DNA of 64,000 bases from an uncultured virus (IMG/VR IMGVR_UViG_3300049448_000779) (Duplodnaviria > Heunggongvirae > Uroviricota > Caudoviricetes), in the IMG/VR virus record IMGVR_UViG_3300049448_000779; one strand, given 5' to 3'. The translations under genes and the position numbers were made by a program. Within the stretch, counting starts at the first letter, position 1. The number at the start of each line of letters is the position of its first letter. The notes under the pieces are model-generated. The model was not told where the DNA came from, made no database searches, and worked only from the letters and a program-made list of their open reading frames with translations. This document shows positions 39,843 to 48,792 of this stretch, in pieces.

Positions 39843-40082
39843 ATGACGGCCAATGTAGAGCTACCTCCGGAAATAGAGGCCGGCGTACGCGCCTTGGCGG
39901 AAGAATCGCACCGCGACGTACATGCCATTCTTGTCGAGCTGATCCGAGACGGTTTGAAGGCTGCGCGGAAGCGGATGTTCGACCGCGACCTGTTGGAGAA
40001 CAACGAGGCTATCGAGCGCGGCGAGTACGTGACAGAGGACGAGTCCCTGGCGAGGATCGAGGCGATCGAACGTGGCGAGTGA
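39843..40082 (+). CDS. putative RHH/CopG-like antitoxin
   Basis: VELPPEIEAGVRALAEES.R....ILVELIRDGL; IERGEYVTEDE; TACAAT just upstream; overlaps toxin. Confidence 0.7.
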   Translation: MTANVELPPEIEAGVRALAEESHRDVHAILVELIRDGLKAARKRMFDRDLLENNEAIERGEYVTEDESLARIEAIERGE

Positions 40083-40401
40083 GGACGGGTTCAGGATCAT
40101 TGTTGCGCCACGGGTTCAAGACCGGTTAGACGATCATGCCCGGTGGTGGAAGAAGAATCGTCGAGGTGCTGACACTTCGTTCGGGCAAGCTCTGACCGCT
40201 GCATACGCGTCAATCAAGCGCGCACCGAAGCTTGGCGTTCAATACGATGTTGAAGACTCCGACCTAGAAGTCTGGACTGCTCAACTTGTGACCGGCCACT
40301 TGCTGTACTTCAGACTGGTCCATGCGTCGTCCCTGCCAGTGTACATCCGAGTCATCGGGGTCAAAGGACCAGGCGAGGCTGAGCCTTTCTTCTCGATGTG
40401 A
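40072..40401 (+). CDS. ParE/RelE-family toxin
   Basis: RIIVAPRVQDRLDD..RWW..NR...PKLG...HLLYFR...IRVIGV. Confidence 0.7.
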   Translation: MASEDGFRIIVAPRVQDRLDDHARWWKKNRRGADTSFGQALTAAYASIKRAPKLGVQYDVEDSDLEVWTAQLVTGHLLYFRLVHASSLPVYIRVIGVKGPGEAEPFFSM

Positions 40402-40559
40402 GTTGAGAGGGCTCTCGTGCCAGAATCTCTAATACTCGCGAGGGATTCCAATTGGCAGGTAACCGGATAGGCATGGTTCATTCCCTGCTTATCCGGTTAG
40501 CACCCCCATGAGCACGAACGAGACCCGTTACTGGCTAGCCACGGCGCAGTCGGCGACGC

Positions 40560-40819
40560 TCAGCCGGTGGCATCTGATCTAAGCGCTAGCCCCTTCTCGG
40601 TGGCCCGAATCAAGGTCTGCGGCTGCGCGCTCTCTAGATACTCAATCAGTCCGCGACGCAGCAACACACCTTTCGCGGCGCTCGCTTGCTTGGCACTGCA
40701 GCCACCGTTCGTGCGAGTGAGGAAGCAGACCTTCCCAAGGAGAGCATATGCTTGCTCTGAAAGGCCTCCACGTGACTCATCCCCAGCACCGGCACGCTTG
40801 TCGTAAGTGTAACCATTCA
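40560..40819 (-). CDS. small hypothetical (MNGYTYDKRA...), wHTH-like C-terminus
   Basis: LLRRGLIEY...RATEKG; N-terminus resembles the GYTYDNR start of 53139. Confidence 0.45.
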
Positions 40820-40862
40820 TTCTACTCTTAGCACTTTGATAAAATTGGTAGCACGGGTTGGG

Positions 40863-41390
40863 ATGAAACTCTACTACCACGGCTCGCCAAAGCTCTTCAG
40901 CCAGCTTCGCGTTCAGCAGAGCAAGGGTGGTCCAGCGGTCTTCATCACTGACGATGCGGCAAACGCCAAGAGCTACGGCAAGTACCTGTACACGCTGGCG
41001 CTGGACGCCGGAACTAAGCTCTTCGACTACCGAGCCCAGTCCGACATCGCTCGGCTTAGCGCCCGCATTGAAGCTTTGCTGACCACGCCCGCAAAGAGCT
41101 ATGGCAGCGGCAACTCGTTCTATCCGTACACATGGAAGTCGGTGCTTGAAGGCATCAAACGAGGAGACTACAACCACTTGGGCCAACCTCTTGTGATGAA
41201 GGCTCTCAAGTCTCTCAAGTACGACGGTTACTACGAGAACGAGAACGGCACTTGGTCCGGGGTTGAGCAGTTAGCGATACTCAATCCGAAGCGTCTGACG
41301 ATCCTCAAGGTTGAGGAGTGGGCGTCACCAATGGCGGCGAGAGTCGCCAGTCGCTATCTCCGAGCTACAGACCTGGGTAGCAATCCATAA
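40863..41390 (+). CDS. ADP-ribosyltransferase-like protein with C-terminal RVASRY tag
   Basis: YYHGS...AVFITDD..NAKSYG..LY...; KYDGY..E...EQLAILNP. Confidence 0.7.
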   Translation: MKLYYHGSPKLFSQLRVQQSKGGPAVFITDDAANAKSYGKYLYTLALDAGTKLFDYRAQSDIARLSARIEALLTTPAKSYGSGNSFYPYTWKSVLEGIKRGDYNHLGQPLVMKALKSLKYDGYYENENGTWSGVEQLAILNPKRLTILKVEEWASPMAARVASRYLRATDLGSNP

Positions 41391-41463
41391 TGGTTGTCGA
41401 GTGTTCCTGGATAGCCTCCTGTAGTCATGGAGCACGCCGTGCCACTATGGTACGCCGGAACCC

Positions 41464-41787
41464 ATGAACTTCTTCGGCCCGCGACCCTGGGGACCTGCTC
41501 TCGACGAGCCTGAGACGATGGTGGCTACGCCCGTGGGCGCCGAGTGCAACTGGTGCGGCGAGGCGATCGCCGAGGGCGAGTCGGGGGTGATCATGCCCTT
41601 CGTTCGAATGAACCTGGAGGCGACGACCTTGGCATTGCATCGCGAGTGCCACCTTCGACAGATCTTCGGGTCAGTTGGGCATCAGCAAGGTACTTGCTCC
41701 TGCTTCGGCGGCGAGCGCGAAGACCCAGCCGAGATGACTAGACGCCAAGCGGCAAGTGCCGCTGTCGCGCTGTTCTACGCGCGATAG
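41464..41787 (+). CDS. Cys/His-rich hypothetical protein
   Basis: CNWC, HREC, GHQQGTCSC. Confidence 0.65.
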   Translation: MNFFGPRPWGPALDEPETMVATPVGAECNWCGEAIAEGESGVIMPFVRMNLEATTLALHRECHLRQIFGSVGHQQGTCSCFGGEREDPAEMTRRQAASAAVALFYAR

Positions 41788-41795
41788 TCAGGCCG

Positions 41796-43007
41796 TCAGC
41801 CCCTCTTCGGCATCGGGAATGGGCGATACTTCCGCTTCCCCACAGCACTGAGCAGAATTTTGTCGAGCTGTTCGTGGGCGTCCCAAGCATGTTGCGGACG
41901 CTTCGCGGGGAGGATCTCGAGACAGCTTCGGAAAAACTTGGCGACGGGCTCTGGCAGCACGTCCGGCACAGTCGGTTTCTTGGGATCGCCGCCGATCAAA
42001 ACCATGCACATGCGCGCTGCCATGAAAATGTCGGTTGCCGGCGTCGGGGTTTCGCGGTTCAAGACCTCGGGCGGGTAGTAGTCTCGGTACTCGTTGCTGA
42101 TCGCCGAAACGTGCGGATGCGTGCCGAACTCGTCGGTCTTCAAGATGTCGTAGTAGCTGGCCGTCTTCCCCTTTGTTGCCTTCAGCGGCTTCGCCGGCTC
42201 TGGATCCAGCTCGACTGCGTACGACCAATCGACGATCTTGGCCCCGTGATTGACCGGATGGATCATGATGTGGGGCGGCAAGATCGCGCCGTGCACGATC
42301 TTGCTCTCGTGCGCGTGACCGATGCCGTGCAGGATGCGCTTAAACATCCAAACCATGTCGCGAAAATCGATCCCGTCCGGGAACACGCGCATCACTTCAT
42401 CCAGGCCGCGATGTTCGGGGAACCAAGACATCACGTTGACCCGTCGTTGGTAGCCGGGGCCGCTGATGATGAACGAGTCTCTCATCTTCGGGAGGAAGCG
42501 ATGGAACTTCTCGTCCTTCGCCGTTGGTGGGTACAGTTTGCCCAGGATCCGTGCTTCGGCTTCTGCTAGGTCGTTGTTCGCGCCATCGCGAGTGACCTTG
42601 AACAGTTGTAGATCGATCACGTTATCGCCGACGTACCCGGCGTACAGCTCGCACAGGTCGCCGGACGCTACCTGCATGGTCAGTGTGTAGCGCTGCCCCC
42701 TTGCTTCGATCACCATCGGCGAGAACGGGATCCTCCGAGGCTCAGCCTTCACCTTCTTGTTGCCGTAGGTACCGGCCTTGATCTTACGATCCGCGGCACC
42801 CTTCAAGTTTGTGAGAGCCGTAAGCAGCTTGTTGGCCAACTCGAACTCTTTCGGGTTGTCCACGAAGTGATCGGGATGGATCAGTGCAAGCAGCTGCTTG
42901 TATGCGGGCCGGACACCGCTACCGTCAGCCGGACCTCCGAAGATGTCCTCTGGGCACTCTTCCGCGGCAGCCGCTTGAAGCTTCTTTGCGATAGCAGTCA
43001 GTTCCAT
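41796..43007 (-). CDS. J-domain (HPD) fused to Ser/Thr kinase-like domain
   Basis: YKQLLALIHPD; SGDLCELY, LFKV, IVHGAILPPHIMI, VDWSYA, YYPPEV, TDIF. Confidence 0.85.
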   Translation of the reverse strand: MELTAIAKKLQAAAAEECPEDIFGGPADGSGVRPAYKQLLALIHPDHFVDNPKEFELANKLLTALTNLKGAADRKIKAGTYGNKKVKAEPRRIPFSPMVIEARGQRYTLTMQVASGDLCELYAGYVGDNVIDLQLFKVTRDGANNDLAEAEARILGKLYPPTAKDEKFHRFLPKMRDSFIISGPGYQRRVNVMSWFPEHRGLDEVMRVFPDGIDFRDMVWMFKRILHGIGHAHESKIVHGAILPPHIMIHPVNHGAKIVDWSYAVELDPEPAKPLKATKGKTASYYDILKTDEFGTHPHVSAISNEYRDYYPPEVLNRETPTPATDIFMAARMCMVLIGGDPKKPTVPDVLPEPVAKFFRSCLEILPAKRPQHAWDAHEQLDKILLSAVGKRKYRPFPMPKRG

Positions 43008-44314
43008 TTGCGCCCCTCGAAGTACTGTTGTGCCGTGAGCTTGTCGGCCGCCGTTGGGCCGCTCGAGCAATACGCGACCGGTGTCTTCATGATGAGGTGG
43101 ATGGCCGCGACCAAGTCTTGCTTGGAGTGCAGCTTGCGATAGATGGGTTGGGCCTGCTCCAGGTCTCGAGTGAGCCGCTGTTGAAATTCTAGCGACACTG
43201 GCTGCGCTTGCGCTGGCAGATTGTTGATAATGGTCCCGTTCGGAAACCGATAGGCGACGCAGATCTGCGGGTGGCTGGCCTTGATCTTGTCGAGGTTGGT
43301 CACTACGATCTCGTCCAGGTGTCCGACCACGCGGTGCGCGTACTGAGCTAGGACAGCATCGAACGACCCGACTCGGAAGTCCTGTTGGAACTCGTTCGTG
43401 ACGTTGTCGCGGTCCCCGTCAATCTCTGCCGCTGCATCCGCTGTGGGGAACGGGCCAGCCCCGTGACGTGTCGAATAGGCCCGTAGTATCCCGATCCGCT
43501 TGGCCTGCCCGCTGTCGAATCCTGCTTCAGCGAGAAGCTCGAGCGCGTTGTCGAAGGTCGTGTTCGACCACGTCGTGTGCGGGGGGAACCCGTAGCTCTG
43601 GTCGAGCAGCACGCCTTGGGCGCCTTCGAACACCAGCTCCTGAGTCCGCAGTCCGCGAAGATGATCGCGGTCCACGATCTTCATGCGGCGTCCGATCCTT
43701 GTGTAGCGATCGACCTCATGTCCTGTCTCGCCCTCGCAGATGTGCTTCCAATTGGGATCGTCGGCCAAGCCTTGACCAATGAATCTCGAGAGCTTCTGGG
43801 TGCGAGAAAACTCTAGTTTGCTGCGTAGAGTGGTCCGATCCTGTAAGTCACCGACCCTGAGCGCCATGTCGGGGAAGCGTATGGAGTCGTCGACCGTCTC
43901 TCCGATCCCCATTCCGCATGAGCCGTGGCGATCCTTCCCGCGCATCGTTTCAGTCAAACGATTGGCCGCGACCTGGTAGGCGTTTGTGACAAGCGCATCC
44001 CGGTCTACAGAGAGAAGGTCCCACGGATCCAAGATCCCTTTGCTCTTTAGAGTCTCTGCTTCCTTCTCCAGGGTGATTGGATTCACGAGCATGTGTCGAC
44101 TCAAGTACGTGGCGGCTCCAACGAATGTGCCTGCCCCGAACTGACGGAAGATATGATGACGACCATCAGAAGTTTCAACCCCGTGACCACACTGGGCTCC
44201 TCCAGAGTATCTAATGACAGTCAGGGGTCCGTTAGCTTGCCGAGACAAGTGGTCACAGTGCCCGCCCTTGCCTTCGTCCCCAAAGCCAAGTCCCAGAAGC
44301 AGGTGTACATTCAT
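42998..44314 (-). CDS. divergent adenylosuccinate synthetase (PurA)-like ligase
   Basis: GFGDEGKG, RYSGGAQCGH, HGSCGMGIG, FEGAQGVLLD, STRHGAGPFPT, TNLD. Confidence 0.9.
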   Translation of the reverse strand: MNVHLLLGLGFGDEGKGGHCDHLSRQANGPLTVIRYSGGAQCGHGVETSDGRHHIFRQFGAGTFVGAATYLSRHMLVNPITLEKEAETLKSKGILDPWDLLSVDRDALVTNAYQVAANRLTETMRGKDRHGSCGMGIGETVDDSIRFPDMALRVGDLQDRTTLRSKLEFSRTQKLSRFIGQGLADDPNWKHICEGETGHEVDRYTRIGRRMKIVDRDHLRGLRTQELVFEGAQGVLLDQSYGFPPHTTWSNTTFDNALELLAEAGFDSGQAKRIGILRAYSTRHGAGPFPTADAAAEIDGDRDNVTNEFQQDFRVGSFDAVLAQYAHRVVGHLDEIVVTNLDKIKASHPQICVAYRFPNGTIINNLPAQAQPVSLEFQQRLTRDLEQAQPIYRKLHSKQDLVAAIHLIMKTPVAYCSSGPTAADKLTAQQYFEGRKWN

Positions 44315-44316
44315 TT

Positions 44317-44907
44317 GTGACCTTTGATGGCATGGGTTTTGGAATCTTCAAGTGCTCCCATTGCGGTATCCATGACGTTGAGCGAAGAAAACCTAAGGGA
44401 GCTATCCCCCGGTGCGGCGCCTGTCTCTTGGCTAGTATTGATGGAAGGCTAGAGCCCCAACGCGAAAAACGGAGGACTGGATACGACAGCCATAGGGAGC
44501 TTTCGAGGCGGGGACTCGCCTGTAAGCAAAGCCCCGCCTCGAAAGCGAGCGAGAGTTCTGGCCGTTACTGCAGGAAGCTGCGAAGGTTCGGTTTGCCTAT
44601 TTCATGGCTCGAATGGACCGACACGAACTGCGGCATCTGTCGAACCAGAGATCCTGGCGGCAAAGGCGCCTGGCATTTTGATCATGACCATCGTTGCTGC
44701 AAGAAGGGTTGTTCCAAGTGTTTCAGAGGTCTTCTCTGTCACAATTGCAATGTTGGGCTCGGACATTTCAGAGACGATCCAGACAGACTTTCTGCAGCCA
44801 TAGACTGGATATCAGCGAATGAGCAGGAGATGAGTATAACTGATCTCGACGACCCACTAGAGTCTGGTAGTAGCGCTGATCTTGCTGTTGACGGAAGCGA
44901 CGGGTAA
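44317..44907 (+). CDS. endonuclease VII-type HNH nuclease (probable free-standing homing endonuclease)
   Basis: CGIC...WHFDHDH...FRGLLCHNCNVGLGHF.DD. Confidence 0.88.
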   Translation: MTFDGMGFGIFKCSHCGIHDVERRKPKGAIPRCGACLLASIDGRLEPQREKRRTGYDSHRELSRRGLACKQSPASKASESSGRYCRKLRRFGLPISWLEWTDTNCGICRTRDPGGKGAWHFDHDHRCCKKGCSKCFRGLLCHNCNVGLGHFRDDPDRLSAAIDWISANEQEMSITDLDDPLESGSSADLAVDGSDG

Positions 44908-45840
44908 GCCGCTCGTTGCAGCCGCAGCTGTCGGTGCCAAGCGGTCGAGTGCCCCACGGACTACGAGGGCATCCGCACCACTGCCAAGATCGGTCACGAC
45001 TTTGTCCAAGGTGATGGCGTTCTCGATCATACCGACTGTGGCCCCGATGGTCTCGCACACGAGATTCGGATCATCCAACATGATCAGATTTTCGCTGCCG
45101 ATGAGTCCGGCCCAGGCATCGGTGATGTCCGGCTGCTTGTAGTGACTGGTGCCCTTCGGCATCAGGTAGAAGATGTGCCAACGTTCCTTGGCTTCGCGCA
45201 CCAAGTCGCGCGTCAAGACGGTTTCCTGAACCGTGTGGTCGAAGATCCGTTTGAACTCCTCGGGCGGCGATCCTCCGTAAGGTTTCTCGTCGCCGATGAT
45301 GAACAAGAAGCCCTTCTTGCCGCGCTTCTCCCACGCATCGGTCGCGGTGCAGCGCGCCGCCAAGTAGAGCGCCAGCTGGTAGCTCTCTTGGGGCTCACCA
45401 CCACCACCGTTTGCTTCTAGGTAGAGATGCCCGATCTGCTCGTCGATTTCGATCCCTGACTCGAACTGGCCGGCCTGCATTGGCACCCGATCCGACAGGG
45501 CGTCGCCGACAGCCCCAACAAGGATCGCCGGATCCTTGCAGTAGCCCTTGTCCAAGAGGATCTCCATCAGCTTGGGAAGCTTGCGTTGAACGATGCCCGG
45601 CACGCTGGCCATCGAACCTGTCACGTCCAGCATGACCATGACAGGTAGCGATTCTGGGTGATTGTCGGAATCGCGGGCCTCGCGGACTGTGATCCCGAAT
45701 ACGTCCAGCACCGCATGTGCCTTGGCGGCGACTCGGCCACTCGCGACGTCCGCATGATGCGCGAACGTCGGGGCGCTGGTTCTTTTTCGTGTAGTTGCAC
45801 GATCTGCATAGAGATCGTTGCTCCAATCTGTGCCTCCCAT
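44857..45840 (-). CDS. vWA-domain protein
   Basis: MGGTDWS start; LDVTGSM MIDAS, QAGQFES, GGGG...ESY, FIIGDE. Confidence 0.9.
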   Translation of the reverse strand: MGGTDWSNDLYADRATTRKRTSAPTFAHHADVASGRVAAKAHAVLDVFGITVREARDSDNHPESLPVMVMLDVTGSMASVPGIVQRKLPKLMEILLDKGYCKDPAILVGAVGDALSDRVPMQAGQFESGIEIDEQIGHLYLEANGGGGEPQESYQLALYLAARCTATDAWEKRGKKGFLFIIGDEKPYGGSPPEEFKRIFDHTVQETVLTRDLVREAKERWHIFYLMPKGTSHYKQPDITDAWAGLIGSENLIMLDDPNLVCETIGATVGMIENAITLDKVVTDLGSGADALVVRGALDRLAPTAAAATSGLPVASVNSKISATTRL

Positions 45841-46039
45841 TTGGGCCTCCTGCATTCTTGAGTTGTTGGGGCCGAGCCAGGGACTCGGCAAAGACCCAGT
45901 GGGTCGATGGTCTCTACTACACCGACTCGGCTCGGACGCGTTCTTGAGTCCCCTGCAAAGCCGAGCTGACCACTAGACTCTAGAAGCAAGAGTTGAGTCG
46001 GGGACGGGTCTCGTGACGCGGTGATTGGCTAGCCCAAGC

Positions 46040-46079
46040 AAAGACCCCGCCCCGGTTTTTGACCCGAGGCGGGGTCTTT
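46040..46079. terminator. hairpin terminator (bidirectional-type)
   Basis: AAAGACCCCGCC...GGCGGGGTCTTT. Confidence 0.7.
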
Positions 46080-46106
46080 CTCCTCATTAAGCGATGCGAA
46101 CTAGAG

Positions 46107-46292
46107 TCACGCAGGATCGGTGCGATGCCGCAAGCTCTCTACCCAAAGCTTCTGATGCTCGGTAAGTTCTCTACCCAAGCTAAGTTCCTTCTGCATCTCT
46201 TCGAATGCAGCTTGCTCCCCCAAGCTTAGTCTCTTGCTCATGATCAGGCGGCCGACCATGGCCTTGTAGGAAAGCTTCTTTCGTTGCGGCAT
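46107..46292 (-). CDS. small hypothetical protein (MPQRKKLSY...)
   Basis: ATG 9 nt after GGTGTA. Confidence 0.55.
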   Translation of the reverse strand: MPQRKKLSYKAMVGRLIMSKRLSLGEQAAFEEMQKELSLGRELTEHQKLWVESLRHRTDPA

Positions 46293-46418
46293 GCATTGAT
46301 CTACACCAGCGGAATTGCAGAGCTTTACCGGTGTAAGAGCAAAAAGCGCCCAGCGTTCGTCGGAGCCCCTGCCAGCGCGGTGTAACAAGGAGACGAACCC
46401 CAGGAGAACCTTCTCAAC

Positions 46419-46643
46419 ATGCTCGTCCAACACCCGACTCTCACGTTTAAAGGCTTCCAAGGCACAGAGCCGTGCTACTGCGTGAAGTGCAGTTTCTGCG
46501 GGCGGCTTGCCCCCGTCGGCAACGACATGCACCAAGCAGTCGAGAAAGCCTACTCGGCAGCGTACTCCACTATCCCTGGTACGACTCGAGTCGACCCACG
46601 CCGCTGGAGCTGCCCAGGTTGCACATCGAAACGGAGCGCTTGA
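46419..46643 (+). CDS. small zinc-finger protein
   Basis: CSFC...CPGC; AGGAG RBS. Confidence 0.55.
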   Translation: MLVQHPTLTFKGFQGTEPCYCVKCSFCGRLAPVGNDMHQAVEKAYSAAYSTIPGTTRVDPRRWSCPGCTSKRSA

Positions 46644-46900
46644 TGCCCTTTGATGAACTAGAACGCCGGTGCTTCGTGGTCCTCTCCCGCATGTACTTGG
46701 ATGAAAAGATCTGCTCGGGCTGTTCAGATTTCGACGCGCATCGGGAAGTCGGCCTGACCGATGCAGAGTGCGACGAGCTTCACCGCCGCATGGCCGCTTG
46801 GAACGAGCCAGGCTCGGAGCCATTGACCGGTCATTTCTTTAGTGACTGGTTCGTCTTTGCGTACTTGCGAGGCAAGTTTCTTAAGGGGGACGAGCGATGA
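46643..46900 (+). CDS. hypothetical protein
   Basis: MPFDELERR...; TGATG coupling. Confidence 0.55.
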   Translation: MPFDELERRCFVVLSRMYLDEKICSGCSDFDAHREVGLTDAECDELHRRMAAWNEPGSEPLTGHFFSDWFVFAYLRGKFLKGDER

Positions 46901-46907
46901 GGGCGCC

Positions 46908-47981
46908 ATGATGGCGCTCTGGGGCTGGAACGGAGACGAGAAATGGTCGTTCGTGATCGACACGGACCAATACGCTGGCAACTTCGAGCGCGAGCTTTGT
47001 GCCTACGTGATCGGCAAGGTCGACTGGTCGTTCGCCAATACTCCGTACGACACTTGCGGCGGACCCTACCTCAGGATGTTTGATGAGAGTTGCCTCCTCC
47101 CTCTCGGGGAGCTGTCGGATACCCGGATCGCGGACCGGGGCGACGACGGGATCACCCGAGCGCCGTGCGATCTCGCGCCTACCCCTGGCTGGTCGAATGA
47201 CGGGTATGGTAAACAGTACAAGGTCCAGCCCAATAGCAAGTACGGTTTCAAGCACCCAGCCTACAACTCGGTCGCGATTTTTCTGCGACGAAAGCCTAGT
47301 GATGAAGAGCTGGCTGAGCTAATCAAGAGAGCACTCGAGTTCCCGACCGTGGTTAAGCTTCACGAGTGGGACTCAAGCCCCACGATCTTGGGTTGCCGCC
47401 TCGTAAAGGAAACGGTAGTGGTGGAAACCACTCCAGCCCTGGAGCCTAGAGCAATGACGATCGCTGTCTATGCTGGCAGTTTTGATCCGGTGACCCTGGG
47501 CCATCTCGATCTGATAGCTCGGGCCTCAAGGAGGTTTAGCCAGTTGATTGTGGCTGTCGGGGAGAACTCCGCGAAACAGACACTATTCGATGCCGAGGAA
47601 CGTGTAGCTCTCATCGAAGCCGCCCTGAAGTGGGATTGCTATGGGGGGTCGGTCTCAGTGAAGTCATTCTCCGGTATGCTCGTGGACTTCTGCCAGCGGG
47701 AACAGGCGACCGTGATCGTGCGTGGGTTGCGTGCGATCACCGACTTTGAGAATGAGATGGCGATCGCCCACACGAATGACACCTTGGCCGGCATCGATAC
47801 AGTGTTTTTCCCCACTCGCTGCAGACATTCGTTCGTGGCTTCATCGATCGTCAAAGAGATCGCCATACACAACACTGCGACAGGCTGGGCTGCTCTATCT
47901 CAATACTGCCCCGAGAACGTGATCGAGGCGTTGCGAAAGAAGTATGACAAGACGTGGACAGACCAACAAGAGAGCAAGTAA
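46908..47981 (+). CDS. coaD: unknown N-terminal domain fused in frame to phosphopantetheine adenylyltransferase (CoaD domain from 47454)
   Basis: AVYAGSFDPVTLGHLDLIARA, IVRGLRAITDFENE, SFVASSIVKEIA. Confidence 0.9.
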   Translation: MMALWGWNGDEKWSFVIDTDQYAGNFERELCAYVIGKVDWSFANTPYDTCGGPYLRMFDESCLLPLGELSDTRIADRGDDGITRAPCDLAPTPGWSNDGYGKQYKVQPNSKYGFKHPAYNSVAIFLRRKPSDEELAELIKRALEFPTVVKLHEWDSSPTILGCRLVKETVVVETTPALEPRAMTIAVYAGSFDPVTLGHLDLIARASRRFSQLIVAVGENSAKQTLFDAEERVALIEAALKWDCYGGSVSVKSFSGMLVDFCQREQATVIVRGLRAITDFENEMAIAHTNDTLAGIDTVFFPTRCRHSFVASSIVKEIAIHNTATGWAALSQYCPENVIEALRKKYDKTWTDQQESK

Positions 47982-48346
47982 ACGCGTGGCTGGAGTTAGC
48001 CAAGAAAGGCTATCAAGCCCCGATTGGCGAGATCACTAGCGAGGGATTCCTAGGCCTCGCCGCCGAAGTAGAAGCACTGCGCGAGGAGTACGAGAGCAAG
48101 TTCGCCAAGATGCTGGTCTACGCTGAGCAACTAGAGGCTAGACTCGAGTCCGCCGCCCCGAAGTCTAGTGGTCAAGATCGCGATGCGGAGGTGGTCCGCG
48201 CAGCAACCTACGCAAGCTATTTCGCGCTCCAGGTTCAGGACGGGTCACGAAGATGGAATGGCCAGCTGGACGATAAGCACTTCGATGGGTATGCCGAAGA
48301 AGCGGAGTATATCGCTGAGCAGGCTACAAAGCGCCGACCTTTGTAG
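47954..48346 (+). CDS. hypothetical protein
   Basis: ORF track. Confidence 0.5.
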   Translation: MDRPTREQVNAWLELAKKGYQAPIGEITSEGFLGLAAEVEALREEYESKFAKMLVYAEQLEARLESAAPKSSGQDRDAEVVRAATYASYFALQVQDGSRRWNGQLDDKHFDGYAEEAEYIAEQATKRRPL

Positions 48347-48598
48347 CGCCGAGACGCCGCAGCCGCTTTCGCAACGCAGTGTCGCTGACACCAAGCTCCC
48401 TGGCGACACTGCGCGCGTTGCTTGAGCCCACGCGCCGGAGGCGTTCGTCATCGCGCTCGCCATTGATGTGGTCAAGATGGAGGCGGCGCGCTCTGGACGT
48501 TCGGACTCTGGGTGGTTATGCTGGAAAAGCTGAATAACAGCACTGATAAGCCAAGCGCCTACCTAAGACGAGATAGTAGCCTAAAATCTTACATACCT

Positions 48599-48670
48599 GG
48601 TCTCGTAGCCTAGAGGGTAGGCACCCGGATTCTAGCCTGGGGCACGCGGGTTCAAATCCTGCCGAGATCA
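48599..48670 (+). tRNA. atypical tRNA; anticodon ambiguous (UCU with a stem mismatch, or CUA in an 8-nt loop); no encoded CCA
   Basis: Acceptor GGTCTCG/CGAGATC, D-arm GCCT/AGGC, anticodon arm CCCGG-ATTCTAGC-CTGGG, T-arm GCGGG-TTCAAAT-CCTGC. Confidence 0.8.
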
Positions 48671-48792
48671 CCGACCGCACCTATTTTGCTTTGGGGCTGG
48701 CAAAATCGGTCTATCTGATTTGAAGTTCACCGATCCTGAAGTGTCTTTGGGGCATGAACCCAGGATTACTGGACAACGGAAACGAGAATCAG

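Noticed and set aside
42998..44314. PurZ (2-aminoadenine, Z-genome) assignment
   Set aside because: The protein retains the Asp in GDEGKG, where PurZ has Ser; no dATPase or MazZ-like neighbour was seen
48350..48598. Possible structured RNA upstream of the atypical tRNA
   Set aside because: Only short, weak helices seen; no recognisable family
48599..48670. Quadruplet (UCUA) decoding of the TAGA in the Pth2-like gene
   Set aside because: A +1 shift would leave the frame that carries the conserved downstream motifs
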